The notes under the pieces are model-generated. The model was not told where the DNA came from and did not search any database. It saw nothing but the letters and a program-made list of their open reading frames with translations. Below, piece after piece: positions 10,183 to 22,000 of a stretch of DNA of 64,000 nucleotides. Each line of letters opens with the position of its first letter. The first letter of the stretch is position 1. This DNA comes from an uncultured bacterium (GTDB taxonomy: Bacteria; Babelota; Babeliae; Babelales; Babelaceae), in assembly GCA_963713855.1 (NCBI GenBank), contig OY970209.1, positions 736,001 through 800,000 of the forward strand, given 5' to 3'. Made by a program: the position numbers and the translations under genes.

Positions 10183-12126
10183 TTAACGCAATTTACAGTT
10201 CTTAATTCTAACCGTATTTGAAGTGGCTTTGTTGCCAGATGCATCGCGAACATGTGCATTGAATGATTTTTTTCTGCATGGGCAAACTTTTTTATGAATG
10301 TGTCGACTATTAGTGGTTTTAGTGCGTCCTGTCGACCACTCCACCTCAAAAGGTTTTGTGCCACCTTTGATGGTGCCTCTTAACGTTGTGCACGAATTTT
10401 CGCACAAGCATTTTGCATTAAGCTCAACGCTTAAGCTTGGTGTAGTAGTTTGCACGCCGATGGTGACAGGGTTTGATTTAATGCGACTATTTGTGTTCTG
10501 GGCTGCAACAGTATACGTTATTGTGTGAGCAGGCTTTACCGCGCGATTGAATGGTAAAGTTACGTTAGGGTCTATGTGCTTGTCGGACCAGCTGAGGGTT
10601 ACTTTTGCGCTGTCAGGTGTAGCCTTTATTCCGGAACTTCCTGCAATGGAAGAAACGGTTAAGATAGCTGATTGACCCAAAGTTATGACTTTTTTGTTGG
10701 TTCTTAATTTTATCGCATTTTGGGGCGCTGTAACTTGAACAGTAACGGTTGGTGTCTCACTCGTGCAGCCAGTGGCATCAGTTATTTTTGCAGAGAAGTT
10801 TTCGGTTTTTGTTGGTCTTACGTCTCTTATTACCGGAGGAATAACATTATTTTGCTTAACATTGTCTGACCAAAGAACATTTACTGGTCCGGTTGAACCT
10901 TCAACATCAATGATAAGAGTTGATGATTGACCTGCAGCAATCTGTGCAGGATTTGCTGTCAAAGTAGCACTCAAATTGACAACATTGACCGTCGCATCAT
11001 TAGAATGAGCTGCTGTACAACCAGCTGAATCAACGAGATTGATAAAAGTGTATGTTGTTGTTACATCAGGAGTGACTGTAAAAATAAGCGGCGAATTTCC
11101 GGTTGCTGTTGAGCCGTCGGAGAGTGTGGCTGCAAACGGGGGAGTTCCACCCGTTACTGAAGCTTTTAGATGTGCTTGATTGCCTAGACAAATGTTTTGG
11201 CTAGCTGGTGTAAGCGCAACACCAATTGTATTTCCCACCGTAACAGTTGTAGATGCGGGTGGATTAGTAAGCATGCAGTTAGTTGTAGTGTCCGTAATAC
11301 TTAAAACAGTGTACGTTGTCGTTGTCGTTGGTGAGACCTCAAATACTATGGGCGATGTTACGCCTGTTTTAGATTGCCCGTCAGATAATTGGACGTTATA
11401 AGGACCCGTGCCTCCTGTTACAGTTACTGACACGTGAGAGGTATTACCAGCACAAATGGTTGAGGGATTCGAACTTAAAGCGATAGAAAATCCTTGAGCA
11501 ACGTTAACAATAACAGAATTGGATGGGTCAACCACCAGACATGAACCAGAAATAATGGTAGCAACTGCGTAGCTAGTTGTAATGCTCGGATTGACAGTAA
11601 ACGTGAGGGGAGATCCGCCTGATGCGGTTGTTATTCCATCAGAGAGCGTTGCATCATATGCAGGGCCTTTACCTGTTACTGTTCCAATTATTTCGGCCTG
11701 CTGATTGACGCAAATGGTTTGGCTACTTGGTGTAAGAACCACATTAATCGCATTATTTACATCAACAGTATTTGAGACAGAAGAACAACCTAGATTAGGG
11801 TCTTCAACAGTTACAGAATAAAAGTTTGGCACGCCCACACTGTGCTGAACGGGTGATGGAATGAGGCTCTGACTAAAACCGTCTGGTGACCATATTGTAT
11901 CAAATAAAAAAGGGGGAATACCGCCAGTAACGATTCCAGAAAGTGTTACTGAGTCACCTTCGCAAATGGAAGAAGTTACTGGAATAAGTGAAATAACAAG
12001 CGGACAAGCTTCAGCGGTTTGTTTTTTAGTTTGCTCAGTTACGCTATCGCTTTCGATCGACTTAGCATTAAGAGAAAGTAATAAAATATGCGCAAACAGA
12101 ATAAGGTAAAATAGCATCTTTTTCAT
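10183..12126 (-). CDS. Secreted adhesin-like protein with tandem Ig-like beta-sandwich repeats
   Basis: Signal peptide. About 6-7 repeats of the type L.....IC.G....L...VTGGT.P....(W/L)SDG.....V.P..TTTYT.....D...C, Thr/Val/Ser-rich, with a basic Cys-containing last repeat. Confidence 0.75.
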   Translation of the reverse strand: MKKMLFYLILFAHILLLSLNAKSIESDSVTEQTKKQTAEACPLVISLIPVTSSICEGDSVTLSGIVTGGIPPFLFDTIWSPDGFSQSLIPSPVQHSVGVPNFYSVTVEDPNLGCSSVSNTVDVNNAINVVLTPSSQTICVNQQAEIIGTVTGKGPAYDATLSDGITTASGGSPLTFTVNPSITTSYAVATIISGSCLVVDPSNSVIVNVAQGFSIALSSNPSTICAGNTSHVSVTVTGGTGPYNVQLSDGQSKTGVTSPIVFEVSPTTTTTYTVLSITDTTTNCMLTNPPASTTVTVGNTIGVALTPASQNICLGNQAHLKASVTGGTPPFAATLSDGSTATGNSPLIFTVTPDVTTTYTFINLVDSAGCTAAHSNDATVNVVNLSATLTANPAQIAAGQSSTLIIDVEGSTGPVNVLWSDNVKQNNVIPPVIRDVRPTKTENFSAKITDATGCTSETPTVTVQVTAPQNAIKLRTNKKVITLGQSAILTVSSIAGSSGIKATPDSAKVTLSWSDKHIDPNVTLPFNRAVKPAHTITYTVAAQNTNSRIKSNPVTIGVQTTTPSLSVELNAKCLCENSCTTLRGTIKGGTKPFEVEWSTGRTKTTNSRHIHKKVCPCRKKSFNAHVRDASGNKATSNTVRIKNCKLR

Positions 12127-12343
12127 TTTATTCCTAATCTCTTTTTGTTTTATCGATCAAGCCCCATCATAAAATATTCAACAAATTTAGGCTAGATCTT
12201 AGGTCGAAGGATTCTGAGTCGTCAAGAAAGATGCATGAAGGAGTTGCGAAATTAAATTTGATCAAATATTTCTGTAGCTGCGACTAAAAAGTTTTTCTGT
12301 CAAAAATTACCTTTCAGAACCGGATTTCGGTGAGCTCTAAAAG

Positions 12344-12380
12344 AAGAGATGAGCAAGTACTTAATATTCGCTCGTCTCTT
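12344..12380. terminator. Intrinsic terminator hairpin downstream of beta-propeller gene 1
   Basis: AAGAGATGAGC...GCTCGTCTCTT stem flanked by A and T runs. Confidence 0.6.
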
Positions 12381-12398
12381 TTTATTTTGGGTGAAAAT

Positions 12399-14693
12399 CT
12401 AAACGGTGGTCACGCTACGTTCCTGGCCATCAAAATTAATAGCTCTTTGCGGCGCTCTCCATTGGCGCCATAATCTGTAGATAACAAAGCCTCCAGTTAT
12501 CGCTGCCGCTACGGTAAGAAATAGAGCCGGTATTCCTATGGAGACCCCAACAATAAGCCCGGTATAATCAGTGCTGCCGCTTGAACTTTTAGAAGAGCCG
12601 AGTAGAGGGACTACCGAAACATCATTTGATATGGCGTTGGCTGTTGCGACGACCATTTGCCCATTGCTTGAGATTATAGGCGAGAAAGCCAATCCTGCAC
12701 AACCAGTTGAATTAAACGGTAATGAATATGAAAGACCTTGGCCGAGGGTGCCACCATTGACAGGAAATACCGTGATGGTATCGCTCAATTCATCAGCTGT
12801 TCCAACGTATGCATTGTTGGATGAGATGGCTAGCGCTTGTGGATTGCCAGCGCCAAGAGGTAGCGAATAATCAGCCGGGCTAACCAGACTGCCCGAATTG
12901 ACCGCGAAGGTCATCAGATTATCTGTATAGCTGTTAGCTACGACAACAAGCAAACCACCATTTACACCTAAAAATGCTACTGATTCTGGTCCAGCAGCAT
13001 TATTGGGCATCGGCTGCGTAACTCTGCTCGTAAGTTTGCCATTGAGTACTGTAAAGAAGGCGATGCTATTGTTTAAATTTGCCGTTGCCAAAAATAACCC
13101 GTCTGGCGAAATGGCAATCGATACAGGATTTGAAGATTCTGCTGGCAGTTGATAAGAAGCAGATGTTGCTAATGCGTTGTCTGCTATATCAAAAATAACG
13201 ACGCAACCAGAATCAGCAGCTACAGCAAGATATGAATTATCGGGCGCGAATGCTAATGCTGTGGGTTTAGAGCAGCCCCCAGGCAATGGTGTCGATTTGG
13301 CGCCTGTTAGTTGGTTCTGAGCAAGCTGAAAAAGAGTGACGGTATTCGAACCGCTGTTAGACGTTGCTAATAAACCATTCGTGGAAATGGCTATGCCTGA
13401 AGGGTATAGCGATCCAGCAGGCAATTGATAAGAGATAGGTTGGAAGAGCTTATTAAATATAAATGCAGTCACATCGCTTGAGTTGTAATTGGCAGTAAAA
13501 AAGGCGGTGCCATCAGGTGAAAAAACGATAGCATCAGGTTGACGAGAACCTGGAGGCAAAGGATATGAGGTGCTTGCTGAACTAACAAAGCTAGAGCAAG
13601 TGAATAAGGATACATCTCCACTGGTTACATTGGGTGTAGCAATCAAACCGCTAGGTGAAATAGCAACGATACCGACTCCTACTGCACCTGGTGGCTGCTG
13701 ATAAGTAGTTCCATAACTCAGATTACATCCTGGTCCCACAGGAAAAACTGTTATATTGCTTATATTTCCTGAACCGCTGTTTCCAACTACAAGAAACGCC
13801 CCATTTTCCGAAAATGCTAAGTAACCCGGTTGAACAGAGCCAGATCCGGGTGGTAACGAGTATGGGGTACCGGGGGTATTAAGAGTGCCCCCCGAACCGA
13901 TGGTATACACGATAATCTCATTGATTCCGGGTCCAGTAGCGACAACATATTGCCCATCCGGTGAAAATACAGCTGAAGTGACTGGTGCGCCTTCGGTATA
14001 TAATGTGCCGCCATTCAAAGCTCCACCAGATCCAACTTGAAATATCGTTAGACTAGCCGAAAGATTGCCGGTAACGACTAGTTGGCCATCGGGCGAAGTA
14101 TCTATTGATGAAGGTGACGCACCGGATGGAAGAGGGTACCGTGTACCACTACTCAAAACACCTCCGGATGAAACTTGATATACTGCAACGTCGTTGCTTA
14201 TTCCATTTGCAACAAAGAGGTATTTTCCGTCTTTTGAAAAAACAAGTGATCCTGAACCCAAAGAACCAGCAGGTAATGGATAAGAAACTGGTGTACCAAG
14301 AGTGCCGTCTAAGTTAACGGGGATCATGAACACTGCGTTTTGATTATTAATTGCGGCGAGGTATAACCCATCTGGTGAAAACTTTGGTGTCGTTGCAAAC
14401 GAGGCAGGAAGGGTGTAAGCAGCCCCGGTGCCTGGAGTTCCGTCATGGTTTATTGGTGTCACTACTAGGGTGTTATTACCCTCATACCCAATAGCAAGCA
14501 ATTCAATTGGTGAGCTTGCTGGAGAAAAGGCCGCCGAGCCAGGTTCAACTCCAGACCCAGGAGGCGTATATCTGGTGCTCGAAAGTCCACACATGCCATA
14601 AATCTGGCTATTTCCAAGAAAAAAAAGAAAGAGTAGAAAGGGAAAAAGATGAACGAGAAAAGTGCACAATGCAGTACTTCTTGTGAAAACCAT
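12399..14693 (-). CDS. Double beta-propeller (lactonase/YVTN-like repeats) single-pass membrane protein, paralog 1
   Basis: Signal peptide, about 14 repeats of the type SY.LP.GS..P....FSPDG..L..AN..S.DV.VF, C-terminal TM helix and short tail. Confidence 0.85.
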   Translation of the reverse strand: MVFTRSTALCTFLVHLFPFLLFLFFLGNSQIYGMCGLSSTRYTPPGSGVEPGSAAFSPASSPIELLAIGYEGNNTLVVTPINHDGTPGTGAAYTLPASFATTPKFSPDGLYLAAINNQNAVFMIPVNLDGTLGTPVSYPLPAGSLGSGSLVFSKDGKYLFVANGISNDVAVYQVSSGGVLSSGTRYPLPSGASPSSIDTSPDGQLVVTGNLSASLTIFQVGSGGALNGGTLYTEGAPVTSAVFSPDGQYVVATGPGINEIIVYTIGSGGTLNTPGTPYSLPPGSGSVQPGYLAFSENGAFLVVGNSGSGNISNITVFPVGPGCNLSYGTTYQQPPGAVGVGIVAISPSGLIATPNVTSGDVSLFTCSSFVSSASTSYPLPPGSRQPDAIVFSPDGTAFFTANYNSSDVTAFIFNKLFQPISYQLPAGSLYPSGIAISTNGLLATSNSGSNTVTLFQLAQNQLTGAKSTPLPGGCSKPTALAFAPDNSYLAVAADSGCVVIFDIADNALATSASYQLPAESSNPVSIAISPDGLFLATANLNNSIAFFTVLNGKLTSRVTQPMPNNAAGPESVAFLGVNGGLLVVVANSYTDNLMTFAVNSGSLVSPADYSLPLGAGNPQALAISSNNAYVGTADELSDTITVFPVNGGTLGQGLSYSLPFNSTGCAGLAFSPIISSNGQMVVATANAISNDVSVVPLLGSSKSSSGSTDYTGLIVGVSIGIPALFLTVAAAITGGFVIYRLWRQWRAPQRAINFDGQERSVTTV

Positions 14694-15049
14694 AATAATC
14701 CTTGTGTTTTTAATTCCTAGAACGTACTAACATTTTAAAAACATTTTTTTGTCAATGAGAACTATGTGCTAATCAGGATTCCAAGCCATTATCCAATAGG
14801 TCTTAATCATGGCCAGAGTACTAATTGATGAGCGTTACGATACTTGCCTCAAATCCTTTTTCCTGCATAGGTATTCTCAATTTTACAGATGTCCTTAAGA
14901 ACATGCGGATGCTTTCATTTAACAGATGCTACATTCATTTAATAAACAGTCAACAAACACATAAAATTGCCTAATTTTGTTGAAAAATGTTGCTTTTAGT
15001 AGTTAATATTGATTGTCTGAAACTTTTAAAGGGATTTTCCATTGATGCA

Positions 15050-15734
15050 ATGAAGAAAACGAATCTGGCTTAGACTTCTTCTAACAGTTTTTTCTCCGGC
15101 CTTCCAGCTATGGAAGAGGATGATGATTCTGGTGGTAGTGGACCGAAACTGAATATCAAGCTGCCCTCATTGCAAAGCGGGCTGAAATTGAATCAAGTTG
15201 GGGAATTACTCGGTGGTTAATCGGGCGACGGGATAATAGAGCTTATCAGTTTATGCTTCCCGTTAATATTGATCTTGTTACTGCAAACGCTAACTATATC
15301 AGCGTCTTAAATCAAATTCAGACGAAAGCATAACACCAACCCAACAAAGTGAAAGTATCAGTCTTGAATACGGTTGGAACAGGCTCCAGGGCGCTGCCGG
15401 AGGTTTATATCGGTGGATGACCGGCACTTCTGCTGAACCAGAAAAGGGGCTCACGCTTTCTGTGCATCAATTTGCTGATTTTAAAAATCAGGTAGACCAT
15501 TTTTATGGCAGACAAATTTCTGATCTTATGGCCATGAGAGATTTTATCGTGAAAGACAAAGATGATATCAAAAAAGCTTCTCCTTTTAGCAATGATACTT
15601 ATGTTATAGCTTTTCAATCTCTTATCGATGGACGCGTTGAAGCCTTGCGAGACGAATACGAAACTAATGTCAAAGCTATCCTACAGGAATACGGTATAAA
15701 AACTGCTGCACAAATTGGCAAAATCGCCGTATAG
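15050..15734 (+). pseudogene. Collapsed, frameshifted paralog of the 1457-aa protein at 54041..58414
   Basis: Broken signal peptide (ATGAAGAAA...TAG...PAMEEDDD), then frames reading ...ITRWLIGRRDNRAYQFM... and ...KKASPFSNDT...NVKAILQEYG, which match NRWLAKRRITQAYRFM and NKASPWNDTT...NVDSILKSWG in the giant protein. Confidence 0.75.
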
Positions 15735-15873
15735 GCGAAGAAAAGGTGTAACAAGCCTGAATGAGAGTCTTCCAAAATGCGTTAATGAGTTTATAAAGAA
15801 GTGGCTATAAGCTTTTAAATCTTCCTTGAATAAAGAGCAATGGATAAGCTCAGAAATTAATTGCTTAGTTCTA

Positions 15874-18186
15874 TTAAATCGTTTCGCTAGCCGACATTCC
15901 ATCACTTGGGCCAAAGTTCACACTTCCACCAGCGGCTTTGCATTTACGCCATAGCCTGTAAAACAAGAGTCCTCCTGTGGCCGCTACAGCAATAATACCA
16001 AGAGTTACTGGAGTACCTACCGACGTTCCAATAATAAGTCCTAGATAAGAAGTGCCAGAGCTATCTTCCGGTGCTGGTCCAAGAAGAGGAACAAGAGAGA
16101 CGTCGTTGGATTGGCTATTAGCTGTTGTAACCAATATTTGTCCATTTGACATAACCGGAGAAACAGCGATTGCTACACAGTCACTCGAAGTGAGGGGTAA
16201 CGAAACAGGAACGCCTAGGTTGCTGATGGTGCTGCCAGAAATTTGAATCAGTGCTATGTTATCAGAAAAACTATTAGCACTAGCAATAAAGCGGTTATTT
16301 GCAGATGCAGCCAATGATCTAGGATTGAATGTGCCTAGAGGTAATGGATACGAAGTTCCATTGCTCGGGACGCCTGCACTAATAGTAAAGGTGGTTATGT
16401 CGTTAGTATCGCCATTAGCCGTAATGGCAAACAGGTTATTGTTGCCATCAGGTAAGAGGAGTACCGCTTGCGGCATTATTGATCCACTTGGTAAAGGTTG
16501 AGAGATAGCACGACTGAGCGCGCAGTCGCCTGCGACGAGAAATACTGTTATATCGTTGGATATTGTATTAGCGGTTACCAGGTAGGTATTGTTAGTGACA
16601 GTATCAGATCCAAAAGACACGGCAACGGGGTAATGGGAGTTAGCAGGCAATATATACGAAATAGGGTTGGTGAGCTTGCCGGCTTGGACGTTGAATACGG
16701 TTACGTCACTTGAATTACTATTTGCTGTAGCAAGGCATGATATGTCGTGAGAAAAAGCTAAAGCAGACGGGTTGCTCGAATTTATAGGAAGTCCATACGA
16801 TGTTCCTGTTCCTAATTGACCCTGTGTCAGGGCAAAAACAACGACGTTATTTGAAAGGCTATTTGCTATTGCAACCGATGAGTCATTCGATAAGAATGCA
16901 ACGGCGGAAGGCTGCTGCGATCCAACTGGTAACGGATACGATTTAGCGCCCATAAGCACGTTGGGAACGGTTGTTTCATTAACATAAAAAAGGGTGACAT
17001 CGTTTGATTTTGCATTTGCGGTAAGAAGATAGCTACCGTGTTGCGAAAAAGCAATCGCATCAGGACTTATAGAACCAGATGGTAGTGGGTATGAAGTTGC
17101 TGTCGTAGGGCAATTCAACGTAAGAACTGATATGTTGTTCGAATTATTATTGGCAAGCGCAATATACGCACCATTTGGGGAAATAGCAGCACTGCCCGGA
17201 TTGCTTGAACCGGCAGGCAGAGGGTAGGAAATTGCTCCAGTCAATACTCCAACTCCTACATTAAAGATTGTTATGTCATTAGATCCCCAGTTAGCAGAAA
17301 TTATGTTCGCGCCGTCAGGTGAAAATGCAACCGACCGAGGATTTGAAGATCCAGAAGGCAAAACATAGGATACTGCCCCTATAAGCTGTGCTCCTTGTTG
17401 GATATTAAACAAAGTGACATCATTTGAATTTTGATTTGCGGTAGCAAGTTGGGTGCCATCTGGTGAGATTGCCAACGAATCTGGATGTGTCGAGCCAGTA
17501 GGTAGCGGGTACGCTACAGCATTGCTCAAAACCCCTCCTGCGCTTACCTGAAATACTGACACGCCGTTCGAGCCTGCGTTCGAAGCAAAAAGATAAGCAC
17601 CATCAGCGGAGAATATAATGCTTTCAGGCGTGGTAGATCCGGTGGGAATCGCATAAGAAATACCTGGCGACAGCACTCCTCCTGCGCCTACAGAAAACAT
17701 GCATATCTGATTGGAGCCTGCAGCAGCAACTGCAAGAAATAATCCATTAGGTGAGAATATCGCTGAAACAGGATTTGTAGATCCAGCAGGTAATGAATAC
17801 GCGGTAGCCCCACTGGCAATGCCGGAATTTATTTGAAATATTGATACTGTGTTTGAGTTAAAATCAGCTGTGGCAAGATACTTGCCATTGAGCGAAAAAG
17901 ATACAGTGGAAGTCTCGGTTGAACCAGTTGGCAGCAAGTATGAGTTTCCTGCAGCCAAACTACCTCCCGATTCCACATGAAAAACCGATACGTCATTGGA
18001 ATTGAAGTTAGCCGTGGCAAGATATAAACCATCTGGTGAGAAAGCCACGTAATACGGAGCGGTAGATGTACCAGGCAGTACGTAATTGGCTCCAGCCAAT
18101 GGACAGATAGCAGTATGGGTTGGGCGTACGAGTAGAATACATAATAAGAGAAGAGATAGGTAAGTGGCTTTATCTCGGATTGACAT
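15874..18186 (-). CDS. Double beta-propeller single-pass membrane protein, paralog 2
   Basis: Same repeat and architecture as 12399..14693. GGAGG RBS before ATG 18186. Tail FYRLWRKCKAAGGSVNFGPSDGMSASETI. Confidence 0.85.
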   Translation of the reverse strand: MSIRDKATYLSLLLLCILLVRPTHTAICPLAGANYVLPGTSTAPYYVAFSPDGLYLATANFNSNDVSVFHVESGGSLAAGNSYLLPTGSTETSTVSFSLNGKYLATADFNSNTVSIFQINSGIASGATAYSLPAGSTNPVSAIFSPNGLFLAVAAAGSNQICMFSVGAGGVLSPGISYAIPTGSTTPESIIFSADGAYLFASNAGSNGVSVFQVSAGGVLSNAVAYPLPTGSTHPDSLAISPDGTQLATANQNSNDVTLFNIQQGAQLIGAVSYVLPSGSSNPRSVAFSPDGANIISANWGSNDITIFNVGVGVLTGAISYPLPAGSSNPGSAAISPNGAYIALANNNSNNISVLTLNCPTTATSYPLPSGSISPDAIAFSQHGSYLLTANAKSNDVTLFYVNETTVPNVLMGAKSYPLPVGSQQPSAVAFLSNDSSVAIANSLSNNVVVFALTQGQLGTGTSYGLPINSSNPSALAFSHDISCLATANSNSSDVTVFNVQAGKLTNPISYILPANSHYPVAVSFGSDTVTNNTYLVTANTISNDITVFLVAGDCALSRAISQPLPSGSIMPQAVLLLPDGNNNLFAITANGDTNDITTFTISAGVPSNGTSYPLPLGTFNPRSLAASANNRFIASANSFSDNIALIQISGSTISNLGVPVSLPLTSSDCVAIAVSPVMSNGQILVTTANSQSNDVSLVPLLGPAPEDSSGTSYLGLIIGTSVGTPVTLGIIAVAATGGLLFYRLWRKCKAAGGSVNFGPSDGMSASETI

Positions 18187-18287
18187 GATCAGCAACCTCC
18201 AAGCTTTTTTTATGCTTAAATACGGTTGTTAATTTTTGGACTTAAAACTTAAATCAGATTAGCACTGAGAGAAGCGGATATCAACGA

Positions 18288-18494
18288 TGGCTAAAAAGTT
18301 CTCAAAAAATATTTTCAGAACCGGACGATGAGACACTAACAGAGACGGGCGAGTATTTAATATTCGTCTCTTTTTAGATGTTTTATTATTTTATGTGATG
18401 AAAATCTAACGGTGCTTACACAACATTCCTGGCCATCAAAATTAATAGCTCTTTGCGGAGTTCTCCATTGGGCCCATAATCTGTAGATAACAAA
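18288..18494. repeat. Degenerate duplicate of the 3' end and terminator of propeller gene 1 (about 12281..12490)
   Basis: Shared blocks TTCAGAACCGGA, TTCCTGGCCATCAAAATTAATAGCTCTTTGCGG and CCATAATCTGTAGATAACAAA. Confidence 0.85.
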
Positions 18495-18544
18495 CCCTGT
18501 AAGGATTATCTGATCTAGCAGACAATTTTGCTCAATGATTTAGT

Positions 18545-18997
18545 TTAAGCGTAATCCAGTGGTCGGCCAACTTCGAAAACTTTGCCATTAATACTAACTA
18601 TTTGAGCCTCAATGAACAAAGCTGCTGCTCCTAACTCAATATCAAAATTAGCGGAAGAGCTCCAGTAATTTAGCCAGGTCACGTTATTGGTTGAAGCAGA
18701 CGCGATAACCTTGATTGTGCCAATACCCTCTTTGTACCAGCTTATTGATGTTAACTCATAACGATCTTCAGGATCGGGATCATAAATCTCAAAACGTCTT
18801 TTGCCAGTGTCATTTACAAAATAGAACGTTGATACTTTGGAGAAAATTACATTAACAAACTCAAAATCATCATCTGATTTATAAACTTTAACGACAAAAG
18901 CTATAGTATGCTGAAGGATGTCAAATTCGAGCTTTTGAATTCTGCCTTCTTCCAGTTGTGCAAGAGTTTCATTTAACGTTAAATTCTTGGTTTCCAT
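18545..18997 (-). CDS. Probable immunity protein (resembles the YxiG-like family) for the upstream toxin
   Basis: Small acidic ORF starting 12 nt after the toxin stop. Motifs VIFSKVSTFYF, ELTSI, NFDIEL...LFIEAQIVSINGKVF. Confidence 0.6.
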   Translation of the reverse strand: METKNLTLNETLAQLEEGRIQKLEFDILQHTIAFVVKVYKSDDDFEFVNVIFSKVSTFYFVNDTGKRRFEIYDPDPEDRYELTSISWYKEGIGTIKVIASASTNNVTWLNYWSSSANFDIELGAAALFIEAQIVSINGKVFEVGRPLDYA

Positions 18998-19008
18998 TCA
19001 ATGCATCC

Positions 19009-22000
19009 TTAGCATTTTTTAACTATATTTTGTATTTGTTCGAAGTAATTCTCAGTTAACTCGATATGAGTTAATTTAGGTTTGTTAGATAGCTTGCCTT
19101 CAATTGTGAGGGCCGACTTAGGAACGGTAACCCTAAAATAAGGCTTTGGTCGCATTCCCGATCCAGCATCCATCAATCTGATTTCTATTTTTCTATTGTC
19201 CTTCAAAATCGCAACAACCCACCCTTTGCCGTTTTTAGCCTCCTTTATAGTTCCCTTAAAGAAATTAGCCACTTTTTCGGCAGCCGCTCTTGTATTAAAA
19301 TCGACTACTTGACTCCCTTTTTTAATATAGCCTGTTTTTGCGACATTGGTAGCGAAGGATGAAAGACGCTTGAATATAGAATCTGTTTTTACCTTTTTAA
19401 CCGACTTAAGAGATTTTAAGATCTTATATGCGCACCATTTAACCGTCTTTCCAATGCTGCGAGCGTGGGGTATTGCAAGCAGACCAAGAACGGCAAGCTT
19501 TGTTTTTAAACTTGCTTCTTTGTCGGTTAAGGTTTGATAGGCTGCTTTGATATCGCCTACGACGGGAACAAGGTCGAGCAAAAAACTACATACGATCCCC
19601 CGTTGTCTAAAATGCTCAGTTAGAATCTCTCGCTCAGTTACCATCAATTTTAGAATATCTGCTTCACTTTTATCTTTCGTAAGACCAGATTGCTTGAGAA
19701 TGTCATCGAACTCTTTAAGAAGTTGATCAAAATAGTTTATTGTTCCACTGACCTTAAGAATTGCGCTCTTGCCTTTGTAGGTGATTGTTATGGTTCCATC
19801 AGGGTTGTGCTCCACATGCGCGACTAGCTGATCGTCTTTTTGTTGCAAAGTACCTAGCGATAGCTCTTCTACAGTTAGTTTTTCGCCGTTAATACATGTT
19901 TCAGAGCCAGAATAAGAGGCTTCTTTTTGCTCATTAGTCGGGTTTGAATCGTTATTGCTGCTAGTTTGCTCATTAGATATTTTTTCCGGCTCTTGTGGTT
20001 CTTTATTTGTATCATCACTTTCGAGCTTGTTTATAATTTGGGCTATTGCTTCCTTTTCTGCCTCTGTTGGCTTTTGAATGCCAAGTTCTTCAATTAGTTT
20101 GTCAAATATATCCGCAGTAATGGGCTCATTATGGGATAAGACCGTTTTGACTTTATCTAAGCCCTTTTTAAATTTTTCCCGGTCAACGATAGGTATAACT
20201 GCTCTATATACCGTACTTTCAATAGGATCAACGGCGTGTATCTGTGCTCTATCGCGATTGATCTTAGATAGATCATCTTCCGTTATAATGAGCATCGTCT
20301 TATCGATAGTAGCGCGAGTTTTCTCATCCTGAGATTCATTAAAAAGACGAGCATCTACTATAGCTCGTATACCTAAGATATCGCTGCCTTGAGTGGAGGC
20401 TGTATTTGAAAGGTTGATACTGCTAGACTCGCTATAGCCATCTATATCTTCATGGTAGATGTTTTTAGCTTGTACACGAGCATCTGGGTCATCGCTTGTT
20501 ATATAGGCACCGTTTAGATTTAAGGTGTCTGTGAGCACATTAAGATGCTTGCTAGCATGTATGCCTGACGGTTCCCTTATTGTTTTTTGAGCACGTTTAT
20601 GGTAGTTAAAAGCAGCGGCAATTGTTGAGGCACCGTCCAAGACGCTTGCGCCGGCAGTAAAGCCATTTCTAGTGTCGGATACTGATGCAAGATCTAACTC
20701 TTTTTTAACGTTAATATCGGCATTTGTAACATTTACTCTGCATCCATGACAATGCACATTTTCTGCGCGTAATGTAAAGTTGCCTGCATTAATTTTCACA
20801 TTGTTATACGATGTAGAATCTTCTTGGGTATAGCTGGCATCCACGCCCAATGAACCATCATTACCAAAGGTCATTCCCAGTGTAGTTGTTCCTTTGGCGT
20901 ATTCGTCGCGAGCTGCTTTTCCATGGACTTCTTTTGCATCAATTGTGACGTCGTGCGCGTGTATTTCCGTGCCATCTAAAAGTAGCAGCTGATTTCCGCT
21001 TTTGAGTTCTACTTGCGAGCCATTGATCACTGTTTTCAAGTTGCTTGTAGAATGTTCGTGGGATTGCACAGTTCCGAGCCGCCAGAGCATTCGTGGATTG
21101 AATTTTCCGGAATCGTCGGTAAGACCAAGCCGTTGTCCGAGTACTCGAATTGCAGGATGCTGACTTGTTTTAGCTTGCTCTTCATAGGCTAAAAAGAGCC
21201 GAAGTGCTTCAATTGTACTATAGGTGCTGTTCGCGACCTTGTCTGCCGCGTTTGATGATTCTTTAAGCGCAAGAAGAGCTGCAAGTAGCGGGTCCTCATT
21301 TACTAAATACCATGCTGCTCCTTGTATGTCATCGTTTTCAAGAGCTTGTATGCTTTTAGATCCAAAAAACGAAACACCAAAACTCCATCCATCGCTTTGG
21401 ATGTTCGTAAGCTTCTTTGCTCCTTTAAAGACGTTGTCGCGTGCAGCTACAATGTGTATTGGCTCATTGTCGTTAGTAAAGATAACAGCTTGAAAAACGT
21501 TATCAAGGGCAGAATCAAACTCGAGCTTGCCGGTGTTTTCAAACGTTGTTTGTGCATAGCCTCTTGTGTGAACTGTGTCGACTACATGTCCGAAGCTAAA
21601 TGTGTCAAACCCAGTTTTTGCTTTAGCAAGACTTATATCCAAAGCAAGCGGCTTAAATTCGTTGCCGAGAGCTGATTTAAAGGTAAATCCTGCACCTCTA
21701 AAGCTACTGGCAGTATCTTTTATCTGCCCTGCAGTAGACTCAATAAAGACGTTACCTTGGCTGTGTATTTCTGAGCGATGTACTTTTATACCATCTAGCG
21801 ATATTTGTTCAAAGCTCATCCCGTTAACATGCGAGGTCTGCTCTGCAGTATGGCTCACAAGGCTTTTGAGAACAACATTGGCATAGCTTTTAAGGTGAAC
21901 ATCGCCTCGTGCTATGATTCTAGAAGCTTCGTTAAGAAAACGACCCGCTTGAGCAACGATGGTCATATCTCCGCCCGAAATCAAGCGTCCCGGGTAATAA

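Noticed and set aside
10101..10364. 87-aa same-strand alternative-frame ORF
   Set aside because: Overlaps the Ig-repeat gene, with no recognisable features or RBS.
14760..14960. Possible gene remnant upstream of propeller gene 1
   Set aside because: Short interrupted frames with no family I could recognise.
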